In this document: in pieces, positions 43,161 to 64,000 of the stretch | How the letters are laid out: the number at the start of each line of letters is the position of its first letter | How positions within the stretch are numbered: the first letter of the stretch is position 1 | Source of the DNA: Neocallimastix sp. 'constans' | Taxonomy: Eukaryota | NCBI GenBank assembly: GCA_050613775.1 | Contig: JBODTK010000149.1 | Location: 310,001 to 374,000 of the forward strand | DNA length: 64,000 bases | Direction: 5' to 3' | Position numbers and translations under genes: made by a program | The notes under the pieces: model-generated | Told to the model about the DNA's origin: nothing | The model's input: the letters and a program-made list of their open reading frames with translations, nothing else | Databases searched by the model: none

Positions 43161-46100
43161 TATTTTTATTATGCTTATTCAAAAATAATAAAAATAATAA
43201 AAAAACAGAAACAATCAGAACAAACTTTAAATGAAAAATCAGAGGTAAAATCTTATAATAATAATAAAGTCAATAATAATAAAATAATAAAGAATTAAAA
43301 AAAATAAAATAAAATAAATAAAAATTACTAATAAAATATTAAATAATATAATAGTTAAATGATTTCGGTAATTTTGGAAGTGATATTAAAAAAATATTAA
43401 AATCATCAAATGAATTAAAAGAAGAAAATGAAATAATAAATGAAAATGATTCTAATATATTAAATTGTTATGGTTGTAAATGGCCTATCGTATCAAAAAT
43501 TGATATCTTTGAAGATACTAATGATAATGTTTTTTGGCACAGTGGTTGTTATGAGATTAAAAAGGTATTTATAAATATATTATAAGTTTTTTTTTTTTTA
43601 AATTTAATAGAGTTATATATATTTAGTATATAATATTTAATTTTTAATTTTTTATTATTTTTTATTTTTTATTTTTTTATAATAAAAAGATTTTAGGTAT
43701 CAATATTCCAATAGAAAGTTATGATAATGTTATTTTTAATAAAGAAAAATTTTGTAACGATTGGTCGGAATATGTTTTAAAACTATCAAAAATTTTAATA
43801 GCATTTTTATGTGATTGTGATTATTATGCTTTTGAAGTGGTTTCTTGTATAAAAAATAAGGATTTCAATTCACCAGAATTAAAAGAATTAGTGATAAATA
43901 TAATACAATTAATATATTTTTTATTATCAACTTCTAATAAATATATTGATGATTATAAAGGTATTTTATACTAAATATTATTTTTTTTAAAAAAAAAAGT
44001 AATACTAACTATAAATATTAATTTCATATTTTTTTTTTTTTTTTTTTTTTTTTCAATATTTTATTTTTATTAATTAAATTATATTTTATTAATTATGTAT
44101 TATGAATTAAAGATAAGGAAAATAATCAAAATGAACTATATGAATTATTTAAAAATATAATAATATTTCGAGATACAGTAGAAAAAAATATTATATATAC
44201 TATAAACGTAAAAAAATTAGTTAAAAGTCTTTCACAGATTCATGGAACGATTAAAAATGAAATCAATAGTATTATAAATTCAGTGGTTATATCGGTAAAT
44301 AAAATATAAATATAAATATATATATTAATGTTTATATAAATTGATAAATAAATAATTCTTTAAATAATTAATCAAACATATTATAATTATATATAATTTA
44401 TTTTTATATTTAAATTATATATTTTATATTTTTATAATAATAATAATAAAATTATTATTATTATTTTTAAATATTAATATTTAATATTCATTAATAAATT
44501 AGGGTATAAAGTCAGAATTTAATAAAGTGGATGAGTTAATAAAGGATTATGAAAATTTTGGTTATAATGAAACTATGAAGTTGACACCAATTTATAACTT
44601 TAAAAATGACTATTGCAATTATAATAAAATTTGGGATGGTGAAAATGAAAATGGAAATGAAAATGGAAATGGAAATGAAAATGAAAATGGAAATGAAAAT
44701 GAAAATGAAAATGAAAATGAAAATAAAATCATTAATGATGAAAATAATGTTGAAATGAATAATTATTTACGTGAACTTATTAATAATGAATATAATAATT
44801 TAAATAATACAAGTGAAATAATTAAATTAATATATTTATCAAAAAATAAAAAAGAAATAAAAATAAATGAAAGTAGTATGAATGATGAAAACAAAGGAAT
44901 AAATAAGTTAAATGAAAGTGATAAAATCAAAAATAATTTAAATATTAAAGATGAAAATAATAATTTAATTACCGAGGTAAATAATGATATAAATATAAAT
45001 AACAGCTCATCGGTTTTAGGTTCATTTAAAACACTATTTAAAAATGGTAATGAAAGTGTGAAGAAAATTAAACAAGAAAATACAATAAATAATGAAATAA
45101 AAAATGAATCTCCAAGTAAAGACGGAGAAAATTCTGAAAATGAAGATATTTCTTTACCACCGTTAACTGATTTAGCAAGTATTTATGATTTTACTCAGTT
45201 AAAGTTATCTATTGATAAAATATTATTTAGAAATAAGCGTTCATTTGAAAATAAATTTAGAAACGTGGAGAAACGTAAATATCCTGAAAAAAGTAAATTA
45301 AATGAAAGTAGTGAAATAAATAAAAATAGTGAAATAAATAAAAATATTGAACAAAATAAATATATTGAAATCAATAAAAAAAGTGAAACGAATAAAAGTA
45401 CTGAAATGAGTAATAATATTGAAACAAATAAAAAGAGTGAAGCAAATAAAAATACTGAAATAAATAATAACATTGAAGTAAATAAAAATATTGAAACAAA
45501 TAAAAGTATTGAAATAAATAAAAATATCGAAGTAAATAAAAAGAGTGAAACAAATAACAGTTCTGAAATAAATAATAATATTGAAACAAATAAAAATATT
45601 GAAGCAAATAAAAATATTGAAGTAAATAATAATATTGAAGCAAATAATAATATTAAAGCAAATAAAAATATTGAAGTAAATAATAATATTGAAACTAATA
45701 AAAATATTGAAACAAATAAAAATATCGAAATTAATAAAAATAGTGAAGTAATTAAAAATACTAAAATAAATGAAAATAATAAAGTAAATAAAAATGTTAA
45801 TATAATTACAAACGATAATAATGAAAATAATTATAATAAAATAAATGAAAATACTGATGCTTTAGAGACAAATACTAATGATATTAAAAAAGAAAATAAA
45901 ATAGATCATTCCTCATCTCAAAAGAAAAAGCAAGAAATAAATAGTATATCAGATAATAATGAATCCTTTTTAAGTTTAAAGTTTAATAATGATAGCCCTA
46001 GCAATTTTAATAATAAATTCATATTACAAAATGGTCTTCAAAATACTGAAGAAAAACAAAATCCTCCTTTAAAATCACAAAAAAGTAATTCATTGTATAA

Positions 46101-49063
46101 CAATAAAAATGAGATAATAAATGATAAGGAACAAGAATATTCTGATTATGCCAGATCATTTTATTCTTTAAATAATATAAAGTATTATTATATGAGACCA
46201 TCAAGTTCATGCTCGAACGTCAATAATTCAGAACTCTATGAAAGATCAACTAGTCCAAGTTATTCTTTGGGAAAACTTGATGCAAATCAAAGTAAACAGA
46301 AAAGTGTGGACTTATCTTTGGACAATCAAAGTTTTCAATATTATTCATATAAAGATAATTATCCATTATCTCCATCGATATCAAGCTATTCCCCAAAAAT
46401 AAATGGTTATAATTTATCAACAGCAATTAATAGCAATACCAATACAACTACTATTGATAATAATAATAATTATAGTAATAATTTTATTAATAACAATAAT
46501 AGTTATATTAATAATAATATGAGTAATGAAGTGAATGAAAATAATTTATCATCCTATTCTTTGGTATCTAATTCAAGTGTAGATATAATAAAAGCATTAT
46601 CTTCATCATTGAAAAAAGGATATTTTTCATCGGAAGCCTATTTAAAATATAGTAATAGTGATAAAAGTAAAAAGCAAATGAATGATTCCAAAATATATAA
46701 TTCTCAAATAAGAACCAATAGGAAAAATAGATCATATTCTAATAATTCTGCTATGTATTCAGATTATAGTTATGATGATTCCAATGATAATATCACCACT
46801 CCAATAAAATTATTAAATCTTCAATTTCAAAATGAAATGAAAAAAGCAGAGGATTTAGTTGATGAATCATTTGAAAGATCATCAGTATATTCTCAAGTTA
46901 CAGATAGTAACATAGATAATATTAAAAATAGTTTATTAAGAATAAGATCAATTTTAAATTCAAATAGTAATACCAGTACTAAAAATTCTAATTCAAATAG
47001 TAATAGTGTAACGAGTACTCCTACTATTACTCCAATTAATATACTTAATAATCGCAATAAAGAACTCCATTCATTAAATATTAATTCTGATAACAATAAT
47101 AACAATATTAACAATAATAGTAATAATAATAATGTTATTAATAATAATAAAAAATATAATCTAAGTAAAGATTTAATTTATATTAATAAGAAATTAAATG
47201 AATATAATAATCAGAAAAAAAGATATTTAAATGATAACAATTCGAGTTTCTCATCCGATAATAATTCTGATATTAATGTCAGAACGAATATTAATTTCAT
47301 TCCTAATAATAATAGAAACATAAAAACTTCTAAATATAATCTAAATGGTAATTCTTTAAGTACAAGAACTACTTCAAAAAAATTACAAGAAAATATCATT
47401 AATTATTCCACTCAAACTTTAACCTCAAATATAAGTAATAATAATAAACCTATACCTAAATCAAATCACCCTCAAAATAATAAAAATGCTGTCATAAACA
47501 TAAAAACTAAAGAAGATAAAACTTCTAATTTAATAATAAATAAAAATAATATAAAAAATAGTAATATTACCATCAATAGAAATGATATAAATACTACTAT
47601 TAATAATGATATAAATAATTCAAATAATACTATTAGGACTAATAATAATTCAGTACCTAATAAAAATATTAATATAAATAAAAATATTAATAATAACAAT
47701 AACAATAATCATAGTAATAATATTACTACTAATACTAATAATAATACAAGAAATACTGAAAATATCAATAATACTATAAATTCTAAATCTGCAATTAATA
47801 ATATTAGTAGAATTAATTCTACAAATATCAATAATAATATAATTAAAACCAAAGACAACAGCAATAATATTAATACTAATAGCAACAGTATTAAAAATAA
47901 TAATATTGATAATACTGTTAAAGACAATAGCAATAATAATACTAATAATACTATTGCTATTAAAAATGATAGTAATAGTAATAAAATTAATAATAACATC
48001 AAAAATAATGTTAATAATAAAAATAATAATGAAAAAGAAAATATTAATATTAATATTGAAAATAAAGACAAATCTAATTCCAATATAATTAAAACTTCAA
48101 GTACAACTAATTCAATAAATACTCAAGAAAATATCAAAATCAATAGTTCTGATAATAAGGACAAATTAACAGCTAAAGGAGTATTATCTTTACCACATCA
48201 ATCTAATAATAAATCTTCCTTAATATTACCTTCAAAAGAAGAATTAAATATTAAAGATAATGAAACCAGTGAATGTATATAAAAATAGTTTATTAATTTT
48301 TTATTTTATATATTTTTTAAAAAAGTTTTTTTTTTTTTTTTTTTTTATTTATTTATTAATTTATTTCCAAATTATTATTATTATTATTATTATTTTTTTT
48401 TAATTATACATTAATACTAATTTATTTTTATATATAAATATTTAGATAAACCATTCATTAGAAATCATTCCCTTTTGAGAAATCAACAAGAATCATCAAT
48501 GCAACAATATAAAGAATTTGCATTAAAAATGAGTAAATATAGAAGTCTTCATTCTCCTGAACATTCATCCTCTTCAAAGAAAAGACCAAAAGAAGGTAAA
48601 TAAAATAAATTTATAAAATGGAAATAAACAAATAAATAAATAAATAAATAAATAAATAAATATTTTAATAATTATATATTGTTCAATAAATTAATATATA
48701 TATATTTATATATTTATATATTTATATATTTATATTTTTATATTTTTATATTTTTATATTTTTATATTTTTATATTTTTATATTTTTATATTTTTATATT
48801 TTTATATTTTTAATGTGAATATATTTATATTAATAGTTAAAAAATATCATGATAAACAAAGAATTGATTCCTTAATATTTGATTCAGTAAAAAAGTTTGG
48901 AAGAGATGAAAAAATCGCAATTCAATGGATCGCGCAACTTAATAGACAAGAAATTTTTACGGTTGGAGATCTTAGATTACTTTATGAAGATGATTGGTAT
49001 CATTTAGGCTTAAGTGTCTTAGCTATTAGAGCTATAAAAGATCAATTGTATTATAACAATTAA
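42914..49063 (+). CDS. Large protein with N-terminal Zn-finger/LIM-like motifs, a very long Asn-rich linker and a C-terminal SAM-like helical domain; about 8 exons
   Basis: Exon 1 MFKRIF...CEIC...CKEC; exon 3 CYGCKWPI...WHSGCYEIKK; large exon about 44503-48274; last exons 48446-48595 and 48837-49063 join in phase and end WIAQLNRQEIFTVGDLRLLYEDDWYHLGLSVLAIRAIKDQL. Confidence 0.75.
45300..45790 (+). repeat. Coding 18-bp tandem repeat encoding E-[ITAV]-N-[KN]-[NKS]-[IST] hexapeptides
   Basis: More than 20 units visible in the 44527-48282 ORF translation (EINKNS ETNKNI EANKNI EVNNNI...). Confidence 0.88.
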
Positions 49064-49068
49064 AGAAC

Positions 49069-49104
<36 letters not shown>

Positions 49105-49170
49105 AAATAAAATAAAATAAAAAAATAAATATATACATCACATAATTATATATTATAGAATGTATTCATT

Positions 49171-49209
<39 letters not shown>

Positions 49210-49552
49210 AAAGAATAATACATTTTATAAAAATATTTTTATATTTTATTCTATCATGTTATTATTTATTAGACCAAATAAAAAAAAAAAATTAAAATTT
49301 AGAAAAATAAAAATAAAATAAAATAATAAAATAAAATAAAATAAAAATAAATAATAATAATAAAAAAAAAAAAAAAAAAAAAAATTAAAAAAAAAAAAAA
49401 AAAATAAAAACTAATTTAGATTAGATTTATAAATCATTAATAATTATATTTATTTAATTATTATTATTATTATTATTATTTTATTATTTTTATTATTATT
49501 ATTATTTTAATTTTTTTTTTTTTATTTTATTTTTATAATATATATATATTAA

Positions 49553-49611
<59 letters not shown>

Positions 49612-50329
49612 GAGATTAAAAAATAGGTATTCTATCTACGTTTTAGAAAAAAAAAAAAAAAAAATAAATAAATAAAAAAAAAATTTTTTTTTTATTGTTA
49701 AATAAATATAATAGTACTAATAATAATAATATAATAATAAATAATAATAAATAATAATAATAATAATAATTCTATATAATAAATATATAGGATTTGAAAA
49801 CAAAAAAAAAAAAAAAATTGAATCTTAAACCACTATTTTTTTTTTTTTAAAAAAAAAAAATTTAAAAAAAACAAAAAAAAAAAACTTTAAAATTAAAATA
49901 AAAAAAAAAAAAATGAAAAAAATAAAAAATAAAAAAAAATAAAATAAAAAAAAAAATAAAATAAAAAATTGAAATAAAAAAAAAAATATTTTTTTTTGTT
50001 AAATATATAGTATAAACATATCTATATACATATATATATATTTTTTTTAAAGTATTATAATTAAAATTAAAATAGGTATTAAAATGTTCCAATTATTTAT
50101 TTATTAATTTTTTTTTTTTTATTTTAGTAATAAATATATCTATATGGACCATGGTAATTGAAATAAATAAATAAATAAATAAAAAAGGAAATTCAGTTCC
50201 TCTCTCATTAATATAATAGCTCCAATTTCAATTTTAATTTAAGCATTTTCATTTAAGATTTATTGATTGATTGATTAATTAATTTCTATCTATCTATCTA
50301 TCTATCTATTTATATTTTAATTTCTTTCT

Positions 50330-57156
<6,827 letters not shown>

Positions 57157-57254
57157 TTTTGCTAAGTAAAAAAAATTTAAGACAATTTTTTATCCTTAAA
57201 AATGTAAAATTAAAAATAAAAATAAAAAGATTAAAAATAAAAAAAATCAATTTA

Positions 57255-57300
<46 letters not shown>

Positions 57301-57721
57301 TTGTGTAACTGAACTAATAAAATATTTTTTTATATTTTTTATAATAAAATGAAATTAATGAAAAACTGATGAAGATATTAATCCATTATATATAGTTAAT
57401 AAAGATATATATAATATATATTGAATTTTAAATTTTGATATTTGATATTTGAATTTAGTAATGAATTTATCTTTAATACAACGTTATAGTTTATTTATTA
57501 TTTAATTATACATTTTTATAAATATTATTTTGATTATTTTTTCATTTTAAGAACAAAGAAAAAAAAGAAAAAAAATCATTTTAAATATATACATACAATT
57601 ATTCTAATTCTTCTTTTTGGAGTAATGATTCTAAAATAATGGCAAACATAATTAAGAATATATTTTAAATATTTATACAAAGTTGAATAACTCTTTCTTT
57701 TTTTTTTTTTTTTTTTCTGAG

Positions 57722-57764
<43 letters not shown>

Positions 57765-58624
57765 AAGATTGTATATATATATTTTATCTTCTTTTTCTTC
57801 TCTTTTATCTTATTTTTGTTTTTATTTTTATTTTTATTTTTTTAATTTTATTTTATTAAATTTTTTATTTATTACGTTTTTTTTTTGCTCTTCACTTCGA
57901 AAAATTTAAAAAGCATTTCTACTTCATTATTTTTTTTTATCATTATACCTCTTTACTATTATTACTTTAGGTAATCAATGTTATAATTTTTTTTTAAAAA
58001 AAAAAAAATAAAAAATAAAAATAAAAAAATAAAAAAAAAAATAATAATAATAATAATAGGATTGTTATGATTTAATTTTTTATTTATATATTTATTATAT
58101 CATTATATTTATATATCATTTATATATGTAATTAAATTCATTTTAAAAGTAAAAAAGTAATAAAAAAAAAAAAAGTTTTTATTTTTTATTTTTTTTTTTT
58201 CTTTTTCATTTAAATATTACCACTACTTTAAAAAGAAAAAAAAAAAAAATTAAACATGTATTTTTAAGTGATGATTATATTATTTATATTATATAATAAA
58301 TAAAATATAATATAAACGCAGAGATAAGATATTATTTTAAAGTAATAAGTATATATATATATAGATATATATTTAATTTTTTTTTTTTTTTTTTTTTTCT
58401 TTATATATAAACATATATATATATATATTATTTCTTATTTATTTATTTTTTTATTCTGAAGTTCTTTATTATTTTATCTGTCTAATTTTTAATATTAAAT
58501 AATTATAATTATGAATATAAGATTCTAACAAATAAATTAGAAGGGTTTATAATTATGTACAAAATTTTATGGTTTAATTCTATTATATATTAAACTTTTA
58601 TATTTATATTTTTATTTTTTATTA

Positions 58625-58709
58625 TTATTGATCAACTTCTGTAGAGGCTTGGTCTAAAAGGTTACCAATACCTTTTTCTAATTCTGTAATACGTGTATCC
58701 ATATCTTCC

Positions 58710-58747
<38 letters not shown>

Positions 58748-59605
58748 TTTTGTTTTGTTTTGTTTTTATATCGAATATTATTATATAATATAATAAATAT
58801 ATAAATATATATATAAATATATATATATATATAAACATATACATATATAAAATTTATGTATATAATAATTATTTTTATGTTTTATCATATTGAAAAAAAT
58901 TGAATAAAAAAAAAAGTAATTTAAAAAAGAACGTATAATATTAAATGGATAGGTAAATTATAATTTCAATATTTAATAAAGATTATATAAATATATATTA
59001 ATATATTATATACAATTTAATATAATAAAAAAAATATTATAAATAGAATAAATATAGAATAAATAAAGAATTTAAAAAAGTTAGTTTTTTTTTAAGAATA
59101 AAATAAAATAAAGATATTATTTTATTAAAATGAGATTTCAAGTTTACTTTTTTTAGTAATTTGTGAAGCTACATCTTCAAATTGATTTTCCTATTAAGAA
59201 AAAAAAATTGAATTTTTAGTTTAGAATTAAAATATATACAAATACATTTATAATGATATATTTAACTATTTAAATGATTTTAATAATCTTTAGTTTATAT
59301 AGTAATGGAAATTTTACCATTTGGGTAACTAATTCTTCTATCTATTTTTATATTTTATATATATGTATATATATATATATTTCATGAATTAATAAATGAA
59401 GTATAAAATTGTTCATATATTATTTTATAGTTGTTATTATTTATAATATTTATTAAATGATAATATTTATAATTATAAATAATATATTTTTATATAAAAT
59501 ATTAACCATTTTTTGAAGTTCTACTTGAGTAGGTAAAGAAGTTAAATTTAATTCTTCTAATATTTTATTGTCAGGTTTATTTGTATCTTTTGAAGAATCT
59601 TCCAT
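58625..59605 (-). CDS. HSBP1: Heat shock factor binding protein 1-like, 83 aa; 4 exons: 59507-59605, 59318-59341, 59148-59190, 58625-58710
   Basis: Spliced 252-nt CDS MEDSSK...ELQKMIEELVTQMENQFEDVASQITKKMEDMDTRITELEKGIGNLLDQASTEVDQ matches the HSBP1 pattern L..MQ.KF..MS.QI..RIDDM..RID.LEK.I.DL. Confidence 0.85.
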
Positions 59606-61088
59606 TTTATTTTTTTTTTTTTTTTTATTCTTATTCTATTTTTATTTTAATTTAGAATTTTTTTTTGTTCTTTAAAAATTTAATTCAATTTATTTGGAAA
59701 TGCTATAATAAAGCTCTAATAATGAATATTAATATTTACTAATAAATTTAATTTTTATTAAAAAGTATAAAACGTTAAACAATAAATTTCATATTTATAA
59801 ATATTTATATATTAAATTTTATATATATATTATATATATATTTTATTTTTTTTTTTATATTTTTTTTTTTCTTTTATTCTTAATATTTAATAATTTAATA
59901 TACAATAATTTAATAATTTAAAATAAACTTTTATATTTTTAATTTAAAATAGTAAAATAAAAAAAAATAAAACTTTAATATTTAATAGAACTTTTTGAAA
60001 AAATATAAAAAAAAAATATTAAATATTTTATAATATTTATTTTTATTATTTAAATATACTTTTATTATAAAATAAAAAAATATATATATTAATAAAATTG
60101 AACTTAATGACAATAATACCATTTACACTTTTACATACATAAATACTTTTACATACGAAAATTTATATAAAAAACAAAAATTATAATAAAATTATTCTAT
60201 TATTTATACTTAACATAAAAACAAAAATTATAATAAAATTATTCTATTATTTATACAACTATTATTTCTTTTTTTTATTTTTTATATATAATTTTATTTA
60301 TTTATATTTATTGATATTTATATATTGATATTTATACTTATTAATATTTATTTATTTATTAATATTTATTTATTTATATTTATTTATTTATATTTATTTA
60401 TTAATATTTATTTATTTATTTATATTTATATTTATTTATGTATTTATATTTATTTATGTATTAGTTTTTGTACTTTTTTAAATTTCATATATTTTATTTT
60501 CATTAATATTTTTATTAAATATTATAAAAAAAATGTTATTCTACGAAAAAATAAATTTATTTATTTAACTTTTTAATTAAAATTTATTTTATAAAAAAAA
60601 AATTTATATCTAAATATTTATTTTTAATTTATATATATATATTATTTTCATTTCTTTTTATATTTTTCGTATTGATAAATTTTTATTTTATTTTTATTTT
60701 TATTTTTATTTTTATTTTTTTAGTATTTTTTTTTATTTATTTTATTTATTTATTTAATACATTTTTAGACTAAAAATTTTTCTTTTTCTTTTTAAAAAAA
60801 ATTTAAAAAAAATATTAATATTATTGTAATAAAAAACATCAATTATATTTTTTATATATTAAAAAAAAAAAATAACAAGGCGAATATACTTACTAAAAGC
60901 ATAAAATATTATATTTATCATCACATATATATTTATATATATACATTTTTATTTTTTTTTTAATAAAAAAAAAAAATTAACTAAAAGATAATTTAGTAAA
61001 GATTAATTATATTATTAAAATATAAAATTTTTCATAAGCGGAAAAAAAAAATTATATATATATATATAATTATTTCTACTTTTTAATT

Positions 61089-62866
61089 TTAATTGAGTAT
61101 ATCAAATAAAACATCATCTTCTACATAATCTGAAGGAATCTTAAATATTTCATCTGGAATTCTTTCTGGATCAATTGAGCATTCTTGAGTTTTTATTGTC
61201 ATTTTTACTGTAGGATAAATTGGGAAATCTATAAAATATAAATATATGTATTAATATTATATATATATATATTTTATTTTAAAATTTTTTTTAATATAAA
61301 ATTTTAAAATAAAAATTATAAATAATATATAAATGTATGAATATATAATTAATTAATAATTATATAATTAATAATTATATAATAAATAATTATTTTAATT
61401 GATTATAATATTGCATTTCTATTAAATAATATTTATTTATCTATTTTTTTATTATAACTTTTTAATAATATTTATTTATTTATTTATTTTTTATTAAATA
61501 TAAAAGTATATAAATATATTTTTTTATTTTTACAAACCTATTTTAAGAGGGAATCTTTGTTCCTCATGAAGAACATTAAAGAATTCATTATTTTTACCAA
61601 GAATAGCATCGACATTAGTATTGTTTGGATCTCTTTCATTTAATTTATCAAAGAAAAGCATATTAACATAGTCAAATATAGGCTCAAGATGATCTAAAGA
61701 AATAGGAAATTCATTCTTTTGAGTCATCCATAATCTAATATATTTATTACTTTTAGTATTTTCTGCTATGTTCATTAATCTACCCATATGCATACTTTCA
61801 GTATTGGAAGGATTAAAGTAATCCTCTTCGGTAATCTTATTCTTTGACCAATCAAAATTTTTTAATCGATCTCTTTCTTCATTTTTTTCAGAATTAACAT
61901 CCTCTTCGGTAGGTATACCACTAATAATTCTATAGAAAGCAACATTTGGATCTTCAGTAGCTTTAATCTTTGTTCTTCTACTAAGAGTAGAAGGACGTTC
62001 TTCTTCATCATCATTATCATTTAAATTTTCTTTTGATTTATCCTCCAATTTTAAATTTTTTAACATTTTAATATACTTCTTACGAGATACTGGCTTATTT
62101 AAAAGATTTTCAATATAATCAGGGTAATTTGAACTTAAATATAATAAATCATTAGTTTCTATTTTTTGATGATCCTTATCTTCACCATTCATAATGATTT
62201 CTGTAATAATTTTTTCTGTTTCTGGATCTATTGTTTCATTTTTAATATATTTTTTGAAGAGACTATCATGATTAACCACTTCATTCAAACTTTCCTTACT
62301 TAAATCTAAAATTTCTTCACTTTCTGATAAGCTTGAATCATTTTCACTGTAAGTACTTTCATTATCACTTTCATTATCACTTACAGTGTCTAAGGAGGCA
62401 TTACTTGTGTTAGTCTTTCCATTGCTATATAATGATTTTAACTTAGTGGGATCTCCAGTAAGATTTAAAACCTTAGTTCTTATATCACTTTTATAATCCC
62501 CAATAACAATTTCATTATCTCTTTTACGAACTACAGCTTTAATTCCTTTAATCTTAAATAAATCCGCTTTATATGTTTTTCCATCATTGGTTTGGAATGT
62601 TTTTTTAGATTTCTTTAATAAACTACCCTTTTTCTGTTTTATTATACATTCAGAAAAATCAAAAAAGATTTTATATAATGTTTTAATATTAATATTACTT
62701 CTAATAATATCACTAATACACCATTGAGGTAAGTTTGGATAAACTTCTTGATAAGTCTTCTTTTTATTATCAATCATAACACATTTACATTCACCTATTA
62801 ATAAATTTATTCATAGATATAGTTCAATAGATTTAATAGATTCATATATAATTCATATAGAGAGGA

Positions 62867-62897
<31 letters not shown>

Positions 62898-63765
62898 TAT
62901 TATGACATAGTATTTCATATATGAATATCATTTATATTAAAAAATCATTAACAAAGAGCGATGATTTACAGAATTAAAAAATATTAATTTTATAAAAAAA
63001 AAAAAAATATTATATATATATGATTATTTAATATTTGAATTAATATTGGAGAAAAAAATATTAATTTTATAAAAATAAAAAAAATATTATATATATATGA
63101 TTATTTAATATTTGAATTAATATTGGAGAGAAAAATAAAATAATAGTAATATAATAATAATAATAATAATTAGCATTAATATAATATTAAGATAATAACT
63201 TTAATAATACTATCAATTACCAGTCTCTTCGTAGAAACGAATTAATATAGACATGCTTCCCTTTTTAACTCTTGGAATACCTTTAAGAGTATAACCAGCA
63301 ATAGTAGTATTTAATCTAAAGTAATCACCCCTTTTATATATTTCTAAAGTGTCAGAACCCAATAATTTTGCAAGAACAGGAACTATTATTATATCATTTA
63401 ATATAAAAATAACAAAAAGAATAAATTTTGTAAATTATTTTTGAAATATTTACAAAATATTATTAGAAAAAAGATGTACTTTTCTATAAAGTACTTTTTA
63501 TAAAATTTCAGACGAAAATACTATATCTATTTGATTTTATTGATATTATTATATAAAAAAAAAAAAATAAAATAAAATACCAAAGAAAAACATTTATTTA
63601 ATAAGAATATTCAACTTACTTGGACTCTTAATTTTTATTTTACTTTTAAAGTAAACACTTGGTAACACTTTATTCCATTTTTTTAATGTAATTTTACTAA
63701 AAGCTTGTATTTCTGCCTTAATTCTTAATTCGGTAATTTTTTCAATAATATCTACATCACCCAAA
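61089..63765 (-). CDS. ANKRD13-family protein (GPCR-chaperone domain), 5' part not resolved in this window; visible exons about 63620-63765, 63221-63382, 61538-62794, 61089-61228
   Basis: SLGD...YFKSKIKIKSPIPVLAKLLGSDTLEIYKKGDYFRLNTTIAGY...KGSMS...LWMT...FPISLDHLEPIFD...RFPLKIDFPIYPTV...IFKIPSDY resembles conserved ANKRD13 blocks. The ankyrin repeats and start codon are not found. Confidence 0.8.
62975..63130. repeat. Intronic tandem duplication of about 77 bp
   Basis: The unit aaaaaatattaattttataaaaa...tgattatttaatatttgaattaatattggaga occurs twice in tandem. Confidence 0.8.
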
Positions 63766-64000
63766 CTTTTTATTTTAAAAAAAATTTTAAAAATATATAT
63801 ATAATTTAATTAGTATACACTGGAACGTTAATAAATTTAATACTTAATCCATATATATATTATAAAGAATTTTGGTTTTCTTCTAAATTTTGAATAGTAT
63901 TGTAATAGTGTCAAAAATAGTGTAATTATAAAAAATTATATATGTATTGATATTTAAAGATTTTTTTTTTATTAATTATTTTTTAAACTTACAAAATAGA

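Noticed and set aside
58662..58844. 60-aa minus-strand ORF in the track
   Set aside because: Mostly intron sequence read in the wrong frame across the last HSBP1 exon.

Overview
Extremely AT-rich, intron-dense eukaryotic DNA with GT-AG introns, long poly-A/T and (AAT)n tracts, and Asn-rich proteins. The style and gene content fit an anaerobic gut fungus (Neocallimastigomycota); that assignment is an inference. By stitching exons manually I find nine protein-coding loci: cyclin Y-like (+, 26-5072), an intronless bacterial-type secreted protein split by one frameshift (-, 6126-7662), a half-fimbrin/coiled-coil protein (-), a beta-helix/EGF/class C 7TM receptor (-), SPT6 (+), a LIM-like/Asn-rich/SAM-like protein (+), DNA polymerase kappa built from 22 exons including two 4-nt micro-exons (-), HSBP1 (-, absent from the ORF track) and a 5'-truncated ANKRD13-like gene (-). 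Intergenic DNA holds an internally deleted Ty1/copia relic with both LTR starts, a GC-richer hairpin-dense island (about 22640-22930), a perfect 62-bp palindrome and other inverted and tandem repeats. Most short ORFs in the track are microsatellite artefacts. All family calls come from remembered motifs, not database searches.
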